DNA from: Podarcis tiliguerta
Lineage: Eukaryota
Assembly: GCA_965153285.1 (NCBI GenBank)
Contig: OZ229110.1
DNA: 64,000 nt
Direction: 5' to 3' (one strand)
In this document: positions 60,681 through 64,000 of the stretch, piece by piece
Layout of the letters: each line of letters starts with the position of its first letter
How positions within the stretch are numbered: the first letter of the stretch is position 1
The notes under the pieces: model-generated
What the model was told of the DNA's origin: nothing
Databases searched by the model: none
What the model saw: the letters and a program-made list of their open reading frames with translations, nothing else
Translations under genes and position numbers: made by a program

Positions 60681-62899
60681 CTTCTAAAAAGAAAATAAAA
60701 ACCAACAAAGAAGGGACGGGTCGTATTCTTTTTTAACTCAGGTTATTTCGTGTGGAAAAAATGTCTCTCTGTGTGTGTTTAAAGAAGGATTTAAAACGTT
60801 TTAAGAATTGCTGTGCCAATAGTAACACAATCCATTGTCCTTATATTGCAGGTGGGGACTATGGCAGTGACAGTGGCTTCTGACAGCTTGCAGCGTAGAG
60901 GTGAAACTAAGACGAAACATTTCTCACTAAAAATAAAATAAAATGCATGCCTCACAATACCGCGACATTCCAGAACCTATATTAGCACAACATATTACCG
61001 TAATTAGGGCAACAAAAATGTCACAAAATGGCATGCAAGCTTTTGAGTTCTCCAAAAGTCTTCATCAGGCAAAATGGTAAACAGCAGGGTGGGTGGGAGA
61101 AAATTTAGACTGGTAGCAAAGCCACAAGGTATCTTGCAAAAGGCTTAAGATGGAATGATGCACTCGTGGCTTTACTTAACCCCCCCCCCCCCCCGTCTTT
61201 CCCCTGCTTTGTTCACCATCTAGTCTGATGAACAATTTCTGGAGAACTAAAAAGCTTACATATTAAATTACTAATTTTTTATTTTCTTTTTTGAATAACT
61301 TTTTACTGCACTTTATAAACAAGAATGTTATATAAATAAGTATACCAAGGTTTCTCATGTCATTTGTATATCACAAAAATAGCATAATAAATGTAGAGTA
61401 ATATCTACAACATATGGTCCATTATTAGCAGTGAATGTATAAGTTCTTGGTTCATGAATTGGTTTAAACAAAGGATAGAACAGAGTTAACAGACAACATT
61501 CAACATCACAAACCAAAAGCCTAATCGGGAGACTTTGTGACTGTGCTTAGATTTAAGTATGAGTAATAGCCATTTTTAATTACTCCTTTGTGTGAATGAG
61601 CACAAAGAATGCTGGTGACTTGAAGTACATCTAATAAACTGAAGGACTGTTTTGTGAACACAGCCTAACAGAGCAGTTGAAGAAATTAGAAACAGACTCT
61701 TTTGGAAAAAATAAAATCCAAATTCCTCTACTGCTGGTGTGATCATTACAAGTATAATATTCTTATTGCCAGGTTGCCTGCCAGGCTGTGGTTACTTGTA
61801 TTATAGAGGCATTGTATAAACTTCAGTTCTTTATTGAGGCTGTTCATGCTGCTGTTTTGAATTTTTGTAGGGACTAGAAATAAGAAATTGGGAATAGTAA
61901 TCAACTTCAACCTTGTGCTTTGGGAAGTGGAACCAAGAGCGAATCCTGGGATCCCTCTCTCACCACTTCTGTTTGTGCAGTGTGCTATTAACTGCCTTCA
62001 GAAAAGTAATGTACACATGTGGCTCTGGTCATATCGGAGTTTATGGCATTTCAGACACCCAGTGGCTTGGTGGTAGTAGATATTAGTTCACCTATACAAG
62101 GCCAGAATCATTTTTAGCATAATATGTTGTTGTCTGATGGATGTAAAGAGAAAGTGAGACAATTCTATATCTATTGCAATGCCTCAGTACAAAATATCAT
62201 TTACTTCCACTGAAAGGAAGTACTTGGTAACCATGAGGAGATTCTGTTTTGGAGACAGAAGGATGGCGGAACACAACGTGCCACAGTATGTTCTATGCAG
62301 TCAGAATGATCACAATGGACAAAAGGGTTATCTTCCATTCCTCCCACCATTTCAATTTATGGTTATTTGTAGCGCAAATAATCAAATTGGTACATATGGA
62401 GTCCAATTTAACAAGATTTATATCCTGCTTTTTCAACAAAAACCCCTAAGCAGATTACATAAAACAATATAAAATATATATTAAAGTACTGATAAAAGCA
62501 ATCTTTAAAAGAAAACAGACATAACATTTAGCACAATAGAGATAAAAACAGCAGTTTTAACATAAATGTCCAAAATAAAGTTACATGTCTGGATAGGCTT
62601 GCTTGCCTAAAATACAAGAAATACTCTCTTATTACAGGTGTAGGAAAAAATAACATCGTGATGTGCCAGGATCTATCCTCTTGACACGCTCGCTCAAAGG
62701 ACTAATTCGTATAGATGTGTTCATCCCTTGATTACCAATGTGACTGACGCAAAGCTTTGAAACGGAGTCAGTTCACTTATTCGCGGCCAGTATATCAACG
62801 ATGAGAAATCGAATGTCGCATGTATACCTATGTACAACCAGTACTTCTATTTTCCGTCAAACTTCCATCCCTCCAGTTCTGTTTGAGGGGTTGCTGGGT

Positions 62900-63600
62900 T
62901 GCAGCAGGCGGATCCCAACCCTGCAAAGAAAAAAGAAAAAAGCCAAGTCCCGCTTCCTTTTCCGCCAGAGACGTCCATCTCGGCTGCTTGCGACCTGAGT
63001 TGGCAGGACCGGACGGAGGGATGATGAAGGTGCCACACGCGGGGTGACTCATCCTAAAAGCAACCCTTTCGCCCTCCCTCGCGATCGGCTTATTAGAAGC
63101 GGAGGCCGCAGAAAAGCCCGCCTCCTTCCCTCCCTCTCTTCTCTCCCGCCCCAGGAAGAGGAAGGCTGCGCGGAGCCCTTTCTTCTTCCTTTTGCGGTGC
63201 TATCCGCGGAGGAGGCGTCTTGCTCTCTGGGCAGCTCCCACCCGGGCACCTGCCTACCTACCAACGGGGGCAGCAGCAAGGAGATCAACCTCGCTTGACG
63301 CCCCTTTTCACGCGCGGCAGGATGGATCTGAACGGGCTCCTGTTGGACGAGGAGGGCGCTTTCTCCCTGAGCGGCTTCCAGGAGTTCACGGTGAGCTGCT
63401 GTCACCAGACTGAACCGCGCTCCCCCCCCCCTCCCCGCACGCGCCGGCCTTCGCCAGCTGATTGGGACCCCCCTCCCCTCCCGCCAGCGAGGTGTCTGTC
63501 ATTCTCCTTTGGCGGGTGCGAAGGACTTCTGTGTTTTGCTCTTTGGGTGGCCACGCCCACCGGGTGCCATTCTGTGGCGATTCCTTCCCTCCGTTGCCTT
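62900..63600 (+). promoter_or_regulatory. CNPPD1 CpG island/promoter
   Basis: CpG-rich block with GC boxes (CCCGCC) around the first coding exon. Confidence 0.7.
63322..63390 (+). CDS. CNPPD1: Cyclin Pas1/PHO80 domain-containing 1, first coding exon (rest beyond window)
   Basis: MDLNGLLLDEEGAFSLSGFQEFT|gtgag matches the CNPPD1 N-terminus; head-to-head with RETREG2 as in mammals. Confidence 0.9.
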
Positions 63601-64000
63601 GAGCTTCAAGGCACCATAATTGGGCTTTGCTGCACCTCTGTAAGCGCGGGCTGTCATCCCAGTTTACTCCCAGGCTCGGTGGGAACTTGGGATTTATTAC
63701 TTCAGTGTAGATTTGGCATATGCGTAGGCAATCTTAAGGGGTCCGTCTTTTCCTGGCTTTCAGCACATTGTTTACCTCCAGATGTTGTTGGGACTGCAAC
63801 TCCCATCAGCTTCAGCCAGTATGCTAATATTCAGAAATTGTGGTAGTTGTAGTCCCAAAAGCAGCTGGAGGGCCACAGATTCCCCATCCCTTGTTACTTA
63901 GTGGTTCAGTCTATGGCTGTTTGTTAATGACAGGAGTATGGGAACTATTAGTGTCTGTCCAGACTGATCACTAGAAGGGTGTACATTGGTATGCCAAAGG

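Noticed and set aside
61030-61262. Active hammerhead ribozyme
   Set aside because: The essential GAAA is AAAA in both copies; kept only as a relic finding.

Overview
Vertebrate (squamate, most likely lacertid lizard, judged from Sauria/POM-type SINEs) genomic DNA from the region orthologous to human 2q35. Splice-consistent gene models were built by hand. In order: the 3' part of BCS1L (+, last 6 coding exons); an unexpected half-domain olfactomedin (OLFM4-like) ORF (-); complete RNF25 (-, 10 exons, ~514 aa); complete STK36/Fused (+, 26 coding exons, ~1324 aa), head-to-head with RNF25 across a CpG island with a palindromic RFX X-box; complete RETREG2/FAM134A (-, 9 exons, ~554 aa, DDFELL LIR); and the first coding exon of CNPPD1 (+). 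Introns carry Sauria SINEs with target-site duplications, Tc1/mariner-type and hAT-type MITEs, CR1/L2 relics and microsatellites. The most interesting feature is the olfactomedin ORF at 6521-7150. It has a candidate TATA box, a 4-codon first exon, splice sites and an ATTAAA signal, and part of its ancestral sequence survives only in a shifted frame, so it is either a re-purposed truncated gene or a pseudogene. Also notable: STK36 abuts RETREG2 (a gene order unlike human), a tRNA-SINE foldback hairpin lies next to a 31-nt micro-exon, and there are decayed hammerhead-like motifs. No database searches were run; gene identities rest on recognised protein sequence and exon phase.
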